Shown piece by piece: positions 1 to 8,465 of a stretch of DNA of 64,000 nt; position 1 is the first letter of the stretch; each line of letters starts with the position of its first letter. A model generated the notes under the pieces. It saw only the letters and a program-made list of their open reading frames with translations. It was not told the origin of the DNA and did not search any database. The DNA comes from Candidatus Giovannonibacteria bacterium (GTDB taxonomy: Bacteria; Patescibacteriota; Minisyncoccia; UBA11713; 2-01-FULL-45-33), in assembly GCA_016432405.1 (NCBI GenBank), contig CP066687.1, positions 515,065-579,064 on the forward strand. The letters are read 5' to 3'. Made by a program: the position numbers and the translations under genes.

Positions 1-208
1 CTTTCGCCGCTTTTTTTATCTCATATGACAGATTGTAATAAATAGCCGGTTCGCGTGCAGCGCTTAGCAATGTTATCGGACAATACTTGTCATCATCGCC
101 ACCTCCAAGAATAAATCTTAGCATGCATCCTCTGTCCAATACCGTCTTGCACCTTAGCGTCCTGACCGCCGCGCGTAGCGCTTTCAAAAACTGCTTTTCG
201 TCAATCAT
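1..208 (-). CDS. Hypothetical protein, partial (runs off the window start)
   Basis: ATG at 208 preceded by GGAGG; frame is open to position 1 (MIDEKQFLKALRAAVRTLRCK...). Not in the ORF track. Confidence 0.55.
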   Translation of the reverse strand, partial: MIDEKQFLKALRAAVRTLRCKTVLDRGCMLRFILGGGDDDKYCPITLLSAAREPAIYYNLSYEIKKAAK

Positions 209-276
209 TTGCCCGCCTCCTTCCGAAACCAAAATTTTGCTTTCTTGGCCTATGCTAGCAAGAGGAACAAATTAAA

Positions 277-1953
277 TCAATAGTCCATGTGGCCACCCAT
301 GCCGCCGCCCATTGGATGTCCGCCAGCTGGCGGATTCTTTTCCGGAATCTCTGTGACGGCGGCGCCGACGGTGAGATAATTCGCCGCTACGGAAACGGCG
401 TTTTGAAAAGCGATTTTTACGACCTTCAGCGGGTCAATAATGCCGGCTTCTTTGAGGTCGCCGATTTTATTGGTTGCGGCGTTAAATCCCAGCCATTGCG
501 CTTTGTTATCGTCTCCATTATTTGCCTTTTTTTGCTTTACCAATTCATCAATAATTTTATTTACGGATTCTCCGCTATTTTGAATGATGGCCTCTACGGG
601 GGCTCTTAGCGCTTTATTCAAAATCCCGGTAGCGGCCAGGGTAGCAGAAACGGCATGTTCAATAATTTCTCCCTGTGCCGAAACAACCAAATTAAACAGG
701 GCGATTCCTCCGCCCGGAACAATTCCTTCCTCCATCGCGGCGCGGGTTGCCGAAACAGCATCTTCCACTCTTTGTTTTAATTCTTTCTGGGCGGATTCCG
801 TGGGCGCGCCTACTTTAATCACGGCAACGCCTCCGGAAAGTTTGCCGACTCGTTCCTGCAAATTTTTCTTTTCGTATTCCGAGTCCGTCTTTTTAATTTG
901 CGCGCGGATTTGGGCAACTCTTTCTTCTATCGCCTTTTTGTTTCCCTTTCCGCCCACAATCGTGGTGTTGTCTTTGTCCGCCACAACGCGGTGCGCGTGT
1001 CCCAGCTGGCTCACCTCCGTGTTCTCCAGCTTCCTCCCCAAATCCTCCGAGATAAATTCCGCGCCGGTCACAACTGCGATGTCCTGCAGCATCTCTTTTC
1101 TCCTGTCGCCGAATCCCGGCGCTTTTACGCCCAAAACATTAAGCACGCCCCGGAGTTTGTTGACCAAAAGGGCCGCGAGCGCCTCGCCCTCAATTTCATC
1201 GGCAATCAAAACCAGTTCTTTTTTGCCGGTTGCCAAAACCTTTTCCAATAATTTTAAAATATCCTGAATAGACGAAATTTTTTTATCGGTCACCAAAATA
1301 TAAGGGTCTTCCAGTTCGGCAGTCATTTTCTCCTGATTGGAAATCATGTAAGGAGAAACGTATCCGCGGTCAAACTGCAGGCCCTCAACCATTTCGTGCG
1401 AGCTGCCGACGGTGTTGGAATCCTCAATAGTCACAACGCCGTCCCGCCCGACTTTGGACATCACTTCCGCCAAAAGTTTGCCGATCTCCGCGTCTTTTGC
1501 CGCAAGCGTCGCCACCTCCTGCAATTTTTTATTGTCGGAAACGTCTTCTTTTTGCTGCTCCAGCGCCTTCACCACGTCCTCGCTTCCTTTTTTAAGTTCC
1601 TCGGCGAGCTGAATAACATTAAAGCCCTTTTCGTGTATCGCCCGCTCGCCTTCTTCAATAATCGCGTGCGTCAAAACAACGGCGGTTGTGGTGCCGTCGC
1701 CAACGCGGTCGTTGGTTTTGTCGGCGGCTTGTTTTATAAACTCCGCTCCCAAGTTTTCCCATTTGTCCGAAAGCTCAATTTCTTTGGCAACTGTCACCCC
1801 GTCAAAAGTCACCTGCGGCGCGCCGTATCCTTTTTCAATAACCACGGCTCGGCCGCGCGGTCCCAAAGTCATCCGCACCGCCTCGGCCAATTTGTCTATG
1901 CCTTTTTTAATGGCGCTCCGCGCCTCTTCGTTAAATTTTATTTGTTTTGCCAT
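277..1953 (-). CDS. groL: Chaperonin GroEL
   Basis: MAKQIKFNEEAR start, TLGPRGR, GDGTTTA, GGM-rich tail. Confidence 0.99.
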   Translation of the reverse strand: MAKQIKFNEEARSAIKKGIDKLAEAVRMTLGPRGRAVVIEKGYGAPQVTFDGVTVAKEIELSDKWENLGAEFIKQAADKTNDRVGDGTTTAVVLTHAIIEEGERAIHEKGFNVIQLAEELKKGSEDVVKALEQQKEDVSDNKKLQEVATLAAKDAEIGKLLAEVMSKVGRDGVVTIEDSNTVGSSHEMVEGLQFDRGYVSPYMISNQEKMTAELEDPYILVTDKKISSIQDILKLLEKVLATGKKELVLIADEIEGEALAALLVNKLRGVLNVLGVKAPGFGDRRKEMLQDIAVVTGAEFISEDLGRKLENTEVSQLGHAHRVVADKDNTTIVGGKGNKKAIEERVAQIRAQIKKTDSEYEKKNLQERVGKLSGGVAVIKVGAPTESAQKELKQRVEDAVSATRAAMEEGIVPGGGIALFNLVVSAQGEIIEHAVSATLAATGILNKALRAPVEAIIQNSGESVNKIIDELVKQKKANNGDDNKAQWLGFNAATNKIGDLKEAGIIDPLKVVKIAFQNAVSVAANYLTVGAAVTEIPEKNPPAGGHPMGGGMGGHMDY

Positions 1954-1954
1954 G

Positions 1955-2278
1955 TTATTCTATAATCGCTAGAATATCCTCTTCTTTGGCTATTAAATAT
2001 TCCTTGTCGTCCCCGCCTGCCGACGAGGCAGGAATTTTTATCTCTGTCGGCCCGTATTTGGAAAATAAAACTTTATCGCCGGCTTTTACCGAAAGCGGCT
2101 GGAGCGTTCCGTTTTCTAATCTTTTCCCTTCCCCCACGGCAATAATTTTTCCCTCCTGTGGCTTTTCCTTGTCCGCGGTGTCCGGTATTAAAATCCCTCC
2201 CTTTGACTGCTTGGCTTTTTCCTCGTCAGACAATGGCTCAATCAAAACCCTGTCGCCTAACGGCTTGATATTAAGCAT
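1955..2278 (-). CDS. groS: Co-chaperonin GroES with a short internal insertion
   Basis: [19 protein letters not shown]; directly upstream of groEL. Confidence 0.98.
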   Translation of the reverse strand: MLNIKPLGDRVLIEPLSDEEKAKQSKGGILIPDTADKEKPQEGKIIAVGEGKRLENGTLQPLSVKAGDKVLFSKYGPTEIKIPASSAGGDDKEYLIAKEEDILAIIE

Positions 2279-2285
2279 GGCTTAA

Positions 2286-2376
2286 AATTTCTAATTTCTA
2301 ATTATTCTAATTTCTAATCAAATCCCAATTTCTAATGTTTAATTAGGTCAATTAGAAATTAGGTTAATTAGTCATT
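2286..2376. repeat. Degenerate heptamer repeat tract (TTTCTAA units, then inverted TTAGAAA-like units)
   Basis: tttctaatttctaattattctaatttctaatc ... aattaggtcaattagaaattaggttaattag in the groES leader. Confidence 0.7.
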
Positions 2377-2391
2377 CCCGCTTTAGCGGGG

Positions 2392-2418
2392 TTGGCACTC
2401 CTGACCTCCGAGTGCTAA
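2392..2418 (-). promoter_or_regulatory. CIRCE operator (HrcA site)
   Basis: Minus strand TTAGCACTC-N9-GAGTGCCAA, one mismatch from consensus, upstream of groES. Confidence 0.93.
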
Positions 2419-2509
2419 TGGGTATATTACCAAAACGCCCATATCTTAGTCAAGGTTTCAGGCCCCGCTGTGGATTTAAAAAATGGCATTTCTGCGCATA
2501 TTTTGCTTT

Positions 2510-3070
2510 TTATTTAAAATCAAGAATTTTTAATAATTTTTCTGCTATTGCTCTCCTTTCGGGTAAAGATTTTTTAATCGAGAGTTCATATCGTGCCGCA
2601 AGGTTAATAATTTTGCTAAAGCTGATTTTGGCCACTTTTTGATTATCAACAAAGAAGATATACATTACTTTTAGAGTTTTTGAATAACATTCCCAAAATT
2701 CTAAATTTCTAGCCAAATAATCAAATAAAATTTGATAAATACGGCTCATTTTATATTTCCTCCTTTTATAACCAAAACCAATCGCCCAACAAATAACAGA
2801 GTAACGGCTTCGGTACAGATTATTCTTCATTTTTTCAGGGCGATTAGTCAAAGGTGCTATAGTCAAGCCAGCAAAAGCAGAAGCAAACGGTCCTCGTATA
2901 TACTTTGCCTCAATTAATAAAACTTGTTTTTTTCGTTCGACTTGTAAATCCCATCCGGTTTCTGACATACCTCTTGACCGATCTTTTCTCGTCCATTTTG
3001 CCCCTGAGCGTTTGGGGTCTAAAAAATATTTTTCCAAAGGATTAACGACAAATTTTTCTTCTTGCGTCAT
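2510..3070 (-). CDS. Hypothetical AT-rich protein, possible PD-(D/E)XK nuclease fold
   Basis: GWDLQVE...LLIEAKY motif spacing; AT-rich relative to its neighbours. Confidence 0.6.
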   Translation of the reverse strand: MTQEEKFVVNPLEKYFLDPKRSGAKWTRKDRSRGMSETGWDLQVERKKQVLLIEAKYIRGPFASAFAGLTIAPLTNRPEKMKNNLYRSRYSVICWAIGFGYKRRKYKMSRIYQILFDYLARNLEFWECYSKTLKVMYIFFVDNQKVAKISFSKIINLAARYELSIKKSLPERRAIAEKLLKILDFK

Positions 3071-3201
3071 ACTTTATTATCCCAACAATCAATAGCTCTG
3101 TTTTTGCTTATTTTGCTTAATTTATTAGGCGACACTTTTTTGCCATACACTGTTTTCTCACGATCGTGGCAAAACGATGTATGTAGGAAATCGTTATGAT
3201 T

Positions 3202-6200
3202 TTATAGTATTCTACGCAACCACTCTCCGGTGTATGATTTTTTGTGGGAGGCGATCTCTTTCGGGGCGCCTTCGGCGACCACCTCCCCGCCGTTGCCGCC
3301 GCCGTCCGGACCGAGGTCAATTATCCAGTCGGCGTTTTTTAAGACGTCCAAATTATGTTCAACAACCAAGACGCTGTTGCCTTTATCCACCAGTGCGGAG
3401 AGAATATTTAAAAGTTTTTGGATATCGTCAAAATGGAGGCCAGTTGTCGGCTCGTCTAAAATATAAAGAGTTCGCCCCGTGGCTTTTTTGGAAAGCTCAA
3501 ACGCGAGCTTCACTCTCTGCGCCTCGCCGCCCGAAAGCGTCGTCGCCGGCTGGCCCAGCTTCATGTATCCCAAGCCAACCTCAACGAGAGTTTTCAGGCG
3601 CTGGTCAATTTGCGGAATGTCTTTAAAAAACTTATGCGCCTCTTCTATTGATAAATCCAAAACATCGGCGATATTTTTATTTTGATACAAAATTTCCAGC
3701 GCTTCTTTATTGTACCGCTTGCCGTGGCATTCCTCGCATTCCACGTAAATATCCGGCAAAAAATACATCTCTATTTTTTTAACCCCCTGCCCTTCGCAAA
3801 CCTCGCATCTCCCGCCTTTGACATTGAAGGAGAAGCGTCCCGATTTGTATCCACGGGCGCGCGCCTCAATAGTCCGCGCGTAAATTTCGCGTATAAACGA
3901 AAACACTCCGGTGTAAGTCGCGGGGTTGGAGCGCGGCGTGCGTCCGATGGGTGACTGGTCCACCAACACCGCCTTATCAATATTTTCCAAACCCTCAATT
4001 TTTTTATGCTTGCCCGGCTCTTCTTTTGAGCCGTAAAAATATTTCAAAAGCGCCTTTGCCAAAATGTCGGAGATGAGCGAGGATTTCCCCGACCCCGAAA
4101 CTCCGGAGACGGCGACCAGCTTGCCCAAAGGAATCTTTACGTCAATATTTTTAAGATTGTGCTCGGAAGCGCCTTTGATGGTCAACTTATCCGCACTTGC
4201 CTTGGCGCTAGGTTTTGCAAGGACACGCATATTCGCCTGCTGGCGAATTGCTCTGCTCGCCCCGTCGGTCTGCGCAAGGTCTTGCAAAACCTGCGCCTTC
4301 GGCTCGCTTTTCACTTCTTTTCTGCCAGACAAATATTCCCCAGTCAAAGTTCTCGCGCGTAAAAGTTCTTTATAAGTTCCTTCAAAAATAACTTGGCCGC
4401 CGCGCTTGCCGGCGCCTGGACCCAAATCAATTATCCAATCGGCTTCCTTCATCGTCTCGGCATCGTGCTCCACAACTAATACGGTATTCCCCAAATCGCG
4501 CAAATCTTTCAGCGTTTTAATCAGCCGCGCATGGTCTCTTGCATGGAGCCCGATTGACGGCTCGTCTAAAACGTAAATCACTCCCGTCAAGGCCGAGCCG
4601 ATCTGAGTCGCAAGCCGCACCCTCTGCGCTTCGCCACCTGCCAGCGTCGTGGACTCGCGGTCTATGGTCAGGTAATCCAAACCCACCTCCAACAAAAATT
4701 CCAGCCGCCGCAAAATTTCTCTAAGCAACGGACGCAAAGCGCCACCTCCCCCAACCCCCTCCTTCGTAAGGAGGGGAATAAAAAAATTTCTTGCATCCGA
4801 AATAGTAAGAGCGGAAATCTCGGCAATATTTTTGTCGGCGTAGGTTACGGCCAGCGCTTCCGGCTTAAGCCGCCTGCCCTTGCAGACGGGGCATTGCTCC
4901 ACGCGCATGTATTTTTCTATTTCTTCTCTAGTCCATTCCGATTCCGTTTCTTTCCACCTGCGTTTCAAGTTTTCGATTACTCCTTCGAAACCGCCCGGCT
5001 CCTCGAAACCGGGTTTTGGGACTGCCAAAAAACCCGGTTTCTTCCCGCCGGGCGGTGTTGAGGAGCGAGGCGAATCACCATACAAAATTATTTTCTTTAT
5101 TTTCTCCGGCAATTTCGCGTAAGGCGTGTTTAGAGAAAATCCGTGCCTCTCCGCCAAATCAGATAAAATCCACCAATACCAGGATTGCCGCCCGACTTTG
5201 TGCGAAGCCGTTGCCCATGCCCTGATAGCTCCTTCCGCCAGTGTCAAATTTTTATTTGGGATAACCAAATCCGGCTCAACCTCCAAGGTGCTTCCCAAAC
5301 CGGTGCAATGCGGACAGGCGCCGTAGGGAGAATTGAAAGAAAAAAGGCGCGGTTCAATCTCCGGCAAAGAAACGCCGCAATCCGGGCAGGCAAAGTGCTC
5401 GGAAAAAAGCTGGTCATTTACCCCCACACCAAAATCTTTGGTGTGGGGGTTTATCAATACCAGCCCTTTCCCAATCTTCAGCGCCGTCTCCAAGGACTCG
5501 CGGAGTCGCGGCCTGTCAAGCTCCTTGTCAATGACTAATCTGTCCACCACCACTTCAATATTATGGGCTTGTTTAGGATTCAATCCGCCAGCCGGCGGAT
5601 TTTCCGCTTCGTCCAAGCGCATTATTTCTCCGTCCATCCTCACTCGCAAAAATCCTCCGCGGCGAACCATTTCCAAAATGCTTTTGTGCTCGCCTTTTTT
5701 GCCTCTGACCACGGGCGCGAAAATATCTATCCGCGAGCCGTTCTTTAACCCGCCTGCGCGGGCAGGTTTCAAAATGTGATTTAAAATTTCGTCCGCGCTC
5801 TGCCTGCCTATTTTTTTGCCGCATTTCGGACAGTGCGGCTCACCGGCACGCGCGAATAAAATACGGAGGTAATCGTAAACTTCCGTAATTGTGCCGACGG
5901 TTGAGCGCGGATTTTTTGCCACGCTTTTCTGGTCAATGGCGATGGCCGGCGAAAGGCCGGAGATGGAATCGGCTTCCGGCTTTTCTTTAACGCCCAAAAA
6001 TTGCCGCGCGTAGGAAGAAAGCGACTCCACAAACCGCCTTTCGGCTTCGGCGTAAATAGTGTCAAAAGCCAGAGATGATTTTCCGGAGCCGGAAAGCCCG
6101 GTGATAACCACGAGTTTATTTTTCGGAATATCCAAATCAATATTTTTAAGGTTATGCACCCTCGCTCCCCTAATCCTTATAAAATTTTTGCCGCTCTCTC

Positions 6201-6210
6201 TCGCTTCCAT
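3202..6210 (-). CDS. uvrA: Excinuclease ABC subunit A
   Basis: Two ABC ATPase cassettes ([18 protein letters not shown]), zinc fingers, LSGGEAQR. Confidence 0.99.
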   Translation of the reverse strand: MEARESGKNFIRIRGARVHNLKNIDLDIPKNKLVVITGLSGSGKSSLAFDTIYAEAERRFVESLSSYARQFLGVKEKPEADSISGLSPAIAIDQKSVAKNPRSTVGTITEVYDYLRILFARAGEPHCPKCGKKIGRQSADEILNHILKPARAGGLKNGSRIDIFAPVVRGKKGEHKSILEMVRRGGFLRVRMDGEIMRLDEAENPPAGGLNPKQAHNIEVVVDRLVIDKELDRPRLRESLETALKIGKGLVLINPHTKDFGVGVNDQLFSEHFACPDCGVSLPEIEPRLFSFNSPYGACPHCTGLGSTLEVEPDLVIPNKNLTLAEGAIRAWATASHKVGRQSWYWWILSDLAERHGFSLNTPYAKLPEKIKKIILYGDSPRSSTPPGGKKPGFLAVPKPGFEEPGGFEGVIENLKRRWKETESEWTREEIEKYMRVEQCPVCKGRRLKPEALAVTYADKNIAEISALTISDARNFFIPLLTKEGVGGGGALRPLLREILRRLEFLLEVGLDYLTIDRESTTLAGGEAQRVRLATQIGSALTGVIYVLDEPSIGLHARDHARLIKTLKDLRDLGNTVLVVEHDAETMKEADWIIDLGPGAGKRGGQVIFEGTYKELLRARTLTGEYLSGRKEVKSEPKAQVLQDLAQTDGASRAIRQQANMRVLAKPSAKASADKLTIKGASEHNLKNIDVKIPLGKLVAVSGVSGSGKSSLISDILAKALLKYFYGSKEEPGKHKKIEGLENIDKAVLVDQSPIGRTPRSNPATYTGVFSFIREIYARTIEARARGYKSGRFSFNVKGGRCEVCEGQGVKKIEMYFLPDIYVECEECHGKRYNKEALEILYQNKNIADVLDLSIEEAHKFFKDIPQIDQRLKTLVEVGLGYMKLGQPATTLSGGEAQRVKLAFELSKKATGRTLYILDEPTTGLHFDDIQKLLNILSALVDKGNSVLVVEHNLDVLKNADWIIDLGPDGGGNGGEVVAEGAPKEIASHKKSYTGEWLRRIL

Positions 6211-6356
6211 AAAGTTTTAATTATAGGACGGATGTCAAGAGATTGCAACTTGCCCCGCAAAGAGTATAATAAGCCCAGAAGTACAGTAGCGAGGTAATCT
6301 TTATGGAAGAAAGTCTTTTACGGCTTTCTTTTTTATAGTTATGTTATTATCCATTC

Positions 6357-7727
6357 ATGCTTACCCGAAAGGGCTTTAAAAAAGCGCCGAATGCGCCCGG
6401 GATTTACTTTTTTAGAGATAAGGGCGGGAAGATTTTATATATCGGCAAGGCGGCAAATCTGCGCGCGCGGATCAGATCATATTTCGGAAAAGCTGCTAAG
6501 CCGCCACTTGGCGGCTTAGCCGCCAAGTTAAACTTAAGTTGGGAAGTTTTGGGCTCGGAAACAGAAGCGCTGATTCGCGAAGCGGAGTTAATTAAAAAAC
6601 ACCTGCCTAAATACAATGTTTTGATGCGCGACGACAAGCAGTATTTTTACGTCGGGTTTACAAAAGAAAAATTTCCGAAAATATTTATCACGCATCAACA
6701 AAACCGCGAAGCAAATTATATCGGCCCGTTCACTGAAGGCGGGGCGTTACGCTCCGTCCTCAAAACTCTCCGCCGCGCATTTCCATATTGCACATGCAAA
6801 AAATCCCATCCGCGCCCGTGCCTCAACGCGCGGATTGGGAGATGTTTAGGGTTTTGCTGTTTACCTCCCCATTCCCCTCCTTATCAAGGAGGGGACCAAG
6901 GGGAGGTCTATAAAAATAACATCCGCGCAATCAAAAAAATCCTTTCCGGCAACAACAAATCGCTTGCGTTCACGCTCAAAAAAGAAATGCATAAGCTCTC
7001 CGACGCCAGAAAATACGAAGAGGCCGGCAAAATCCGCGACCAAATCCGCGCGCTGGAAAAAATTTTTGAACACAGGGGAGTAATCAAGCAGGACTTGCCC
7101 ACAGAGTACCAAAAAGCCCTGCGGGCGCTGGAATCAATTTTAGGCGTATCCGGCATAAACCCCCACACCAAAAAGTTTGGTGTGGGGGTAAATAGAATAG
7201 AATCCTACGACATCGCCAATATTCATGGCCGATTTGCCTATGGCTCAATGGCTGTTTTCGCGAACGGCAAAATTCAAAAAAATGCCTATCGCCTGTTTAA
7301 AATTAAAACGGTCAAAGAGTCCAACGATCCCGCGATGCTTAAAGAGGTTTTGGAACGGAGATTAAAGCATCGCGAATGGCCGTATCCTGAAATTATTTTA
7401 GTGGACGGAGGAAAAAGCCAGCTTAGCGCGGCACTAAAAGCAATACCTCCCCTTGCCCCTCCTTATAAAGGAGGGGATAAAAAGAATAAGCTCCCCTCCT
7501 TACGAAGGAGGGGGTTGGGGGAGGTTATAAAATTCATTGCCCTCACCAAAAATAAAAAACATGTCGGCGACCATATTTTTATTTCCGGAAAAGCATCTCC
7601 TATCTCACTTGCCCGCCTCCCCGAACCGCTCAAAAATTTTATTTTAATGCTGGACTCCGAAGCCCATAGATTTGCGATTTCGCATTACAGAAAACTCCAT
7701 CGCAAAAGCTTGACTTTTAAAACCTAG
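6357..7727 (+). CDS. uvrC: UvrC-family excinuclease (GIY-YIG, UVR and RNase H-like domains; no C-terminal HhH)
   Basis: PGIYFF...LYIGKA, IESYDIANI, ILVDGGKSQL, EAHRFAI. Confidence 0.92.
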   Translation: MLTRKGFKKAPNAPGIYFFRDKGGKILYIGKAANLRARIRSYFGKAAKPPLGGLAAKLNLSWEVLGSETEALIREAELIKKHLPKYNVLMRDDKQYFYVGFTKEKFPKIFITHQQNREANYIGPFTEGGALRSVLKTLRRAFPYCTCKKSHPRPCLNARIGRCLGFCCLPPHSPPYQGGDQGEVYKNNIRAIKKILSGNNKSLAFTLKKEMHKLSDARKYEEAGKIRDQIRALEKIFEHRGVIKQDLPTEYQKALRALESILGVSGINPHTKKFGVGVNRIESYDIANIHGRFAYGSMAVFANGKIQKNAYRLFKIKTVKESNDPAMLKEVLERRLKHREWPYPEIILVDGGKSQLSAALKAIPPLAPPYKGGDKKNKLPSLRRRGLGEVIKFIALTKNKKHVGDHIFISGKASPISLARLPEPLKNFILMLDSEAHRFAISHYRKLHRKSLTFKT

Positions 7728-7737
7728 GTGCTAATTT
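7710..7737 (+). promoter_or_regulatory. Sigma70-type promoter for the intergenic ncRNA
   Basis: TTGACT (7710-7715) and extended -10 TG-C-TAATTT (7729-7737); predicted start near 7744 coincides with the 5' end of the closing stem. Confidence 0.65.
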
Positions 7738-7743
7738 AATCCT

Positions 7744-8019
7744 AGTTTGGCATGGAAACGGGAATGGGCTTTTAGAGAAACTTGATAGTCCGGTCTGCGG
7801 GTATGCGCACTATCATACCCTATCGAGGAGTAGCTAAAAGCAACTTCTATCCAGGAGGATGGAGGGTTCGAGTCCCTCTTTTGGACCGGTCTGAAACGGG
7901 GAATTTAGGTAAGCGTAGGATAGGTGGGAGGCGATGAGGTCTTGCCTCTGGGCAAGGATTAGCCAACCTTGAAATACCACCCTTTCTAAAAATCCTAAAG
8001 TAAGATTCCATGCTGAACT
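7744..8019 (+). ncRNA. Putative structured ncRNA: terminal stem, tRNA-like domain and 23S rRNA L1-stalk (H76-H78) homolog
   Basis: 7744-7757 pairs with 8006-8019. T-arm GAGGG-TTCGAGT-CCCTC at 7862-7878. GCGTAGGATAGGTGGGAGGC...AGCCAACCTTGAAATACCACCCTT at 7913-7984 matches the 23S L1 stalk. Confidence 0.8.
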
Positions 8020-8060
8020 CGGGGAGAGTGTCCTAGTACCTCTCCCCGTTTTACTTTTTT
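8020..8060 (+). terminator. Intrinsic terminator after the ncRNA
   Basis: CGGGGAGAG...CTCTCCCCG hairpin followed by TTTTACTTTTTT. Confidence 0.85.
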
Positions 8061-8066
8061 GGCTCA

Positions 8067-8095
8067 TTGACTTCCCTATTTACACATGCTAACCT
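8067..8095 (+). promoter_or_regulatory. Sigma70-type promoter upstream of secG
   Basis: TTGACT-N17-TAACCT with a TG extension. Confidence 0.55.
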
Positions 8096-8107
8096 TAATA
8101 AATAATG

Positions 8108-8236
8108 CCAGGTAGTGAAATTTCGCATCACGGCGAAGCCGTAAGCAACTACTTTGGCAATGCTCTCAAACGTGATATTGTTTGCAAAAAATAAATATGT
8201 TTAGATTATAAAATAATGCGAAATTCTACTACCTGG
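8108..8236. repeat. Element with 21-bp imperfect terminal inverted repeats in the secG leader
   Basis: ccaggtagtgaaatttcgcat (8108-8128) and atgcgaaattctactacctgg (8216-8236). Confidence 0.75.
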
Positions 8237-8237
8237 A

Positions 8238-8456
8238 ATGCGTAATTTACTCCTCTGGGCTCAAATCGTGATTTCAGCGCTCTTGGTCGCGGCTATTTTG
8301 CTCCAGCAAAAAGGCGTGGGTTTAGGCGCGGCTTTCGGCGGAAGCGGCCAGATTTACAGGTCAAAACGGGGGCTGGAGAAAGGATTATTTATTGCTACGA
8401 TTGTACTCGGAGTATTATTCACCTTGACCGCTTTTATCACCCTCATTATCAAATAA
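8238..8456 (+). CDS. secG: Preprotein translocase subunit SecG
   Basis: ILLQQKGVGLGAAFGG motif, two TM helices, 72 aa. Confidence 0.93.
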   Translation: MRNLLLWAQIVISALLVAAILLQQKGVGLGAAFGGSGQIYRSKRGLEKGLFIATIVLGVLFTLTAFITLIIK

Positions 8457-8465
8457 ATTATCCCC

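Noticed and set aside
2499-3118. 10-bp direct repeat tattttgctt flanking the nuclease-like gene as a target-site duplication
   Set aside because: Short and AT-rich in an AT-rich context, so it could be chance.
7824-7886. Functional tRNA gene or tmRNA
   Set aside because: There is no 7-nt anticodon loop, the acceptor stem is poor, and there is no CCA, no tmRNA-type ends and no tag ORF.
7913-7984. Calling this a 23S rRNA gene or rRNA operon remnant
   Set aside because: Only the L1-stalk segment is present; the flanks are not rRNA-like and the unit has its own promoter, closing stem and terminator.
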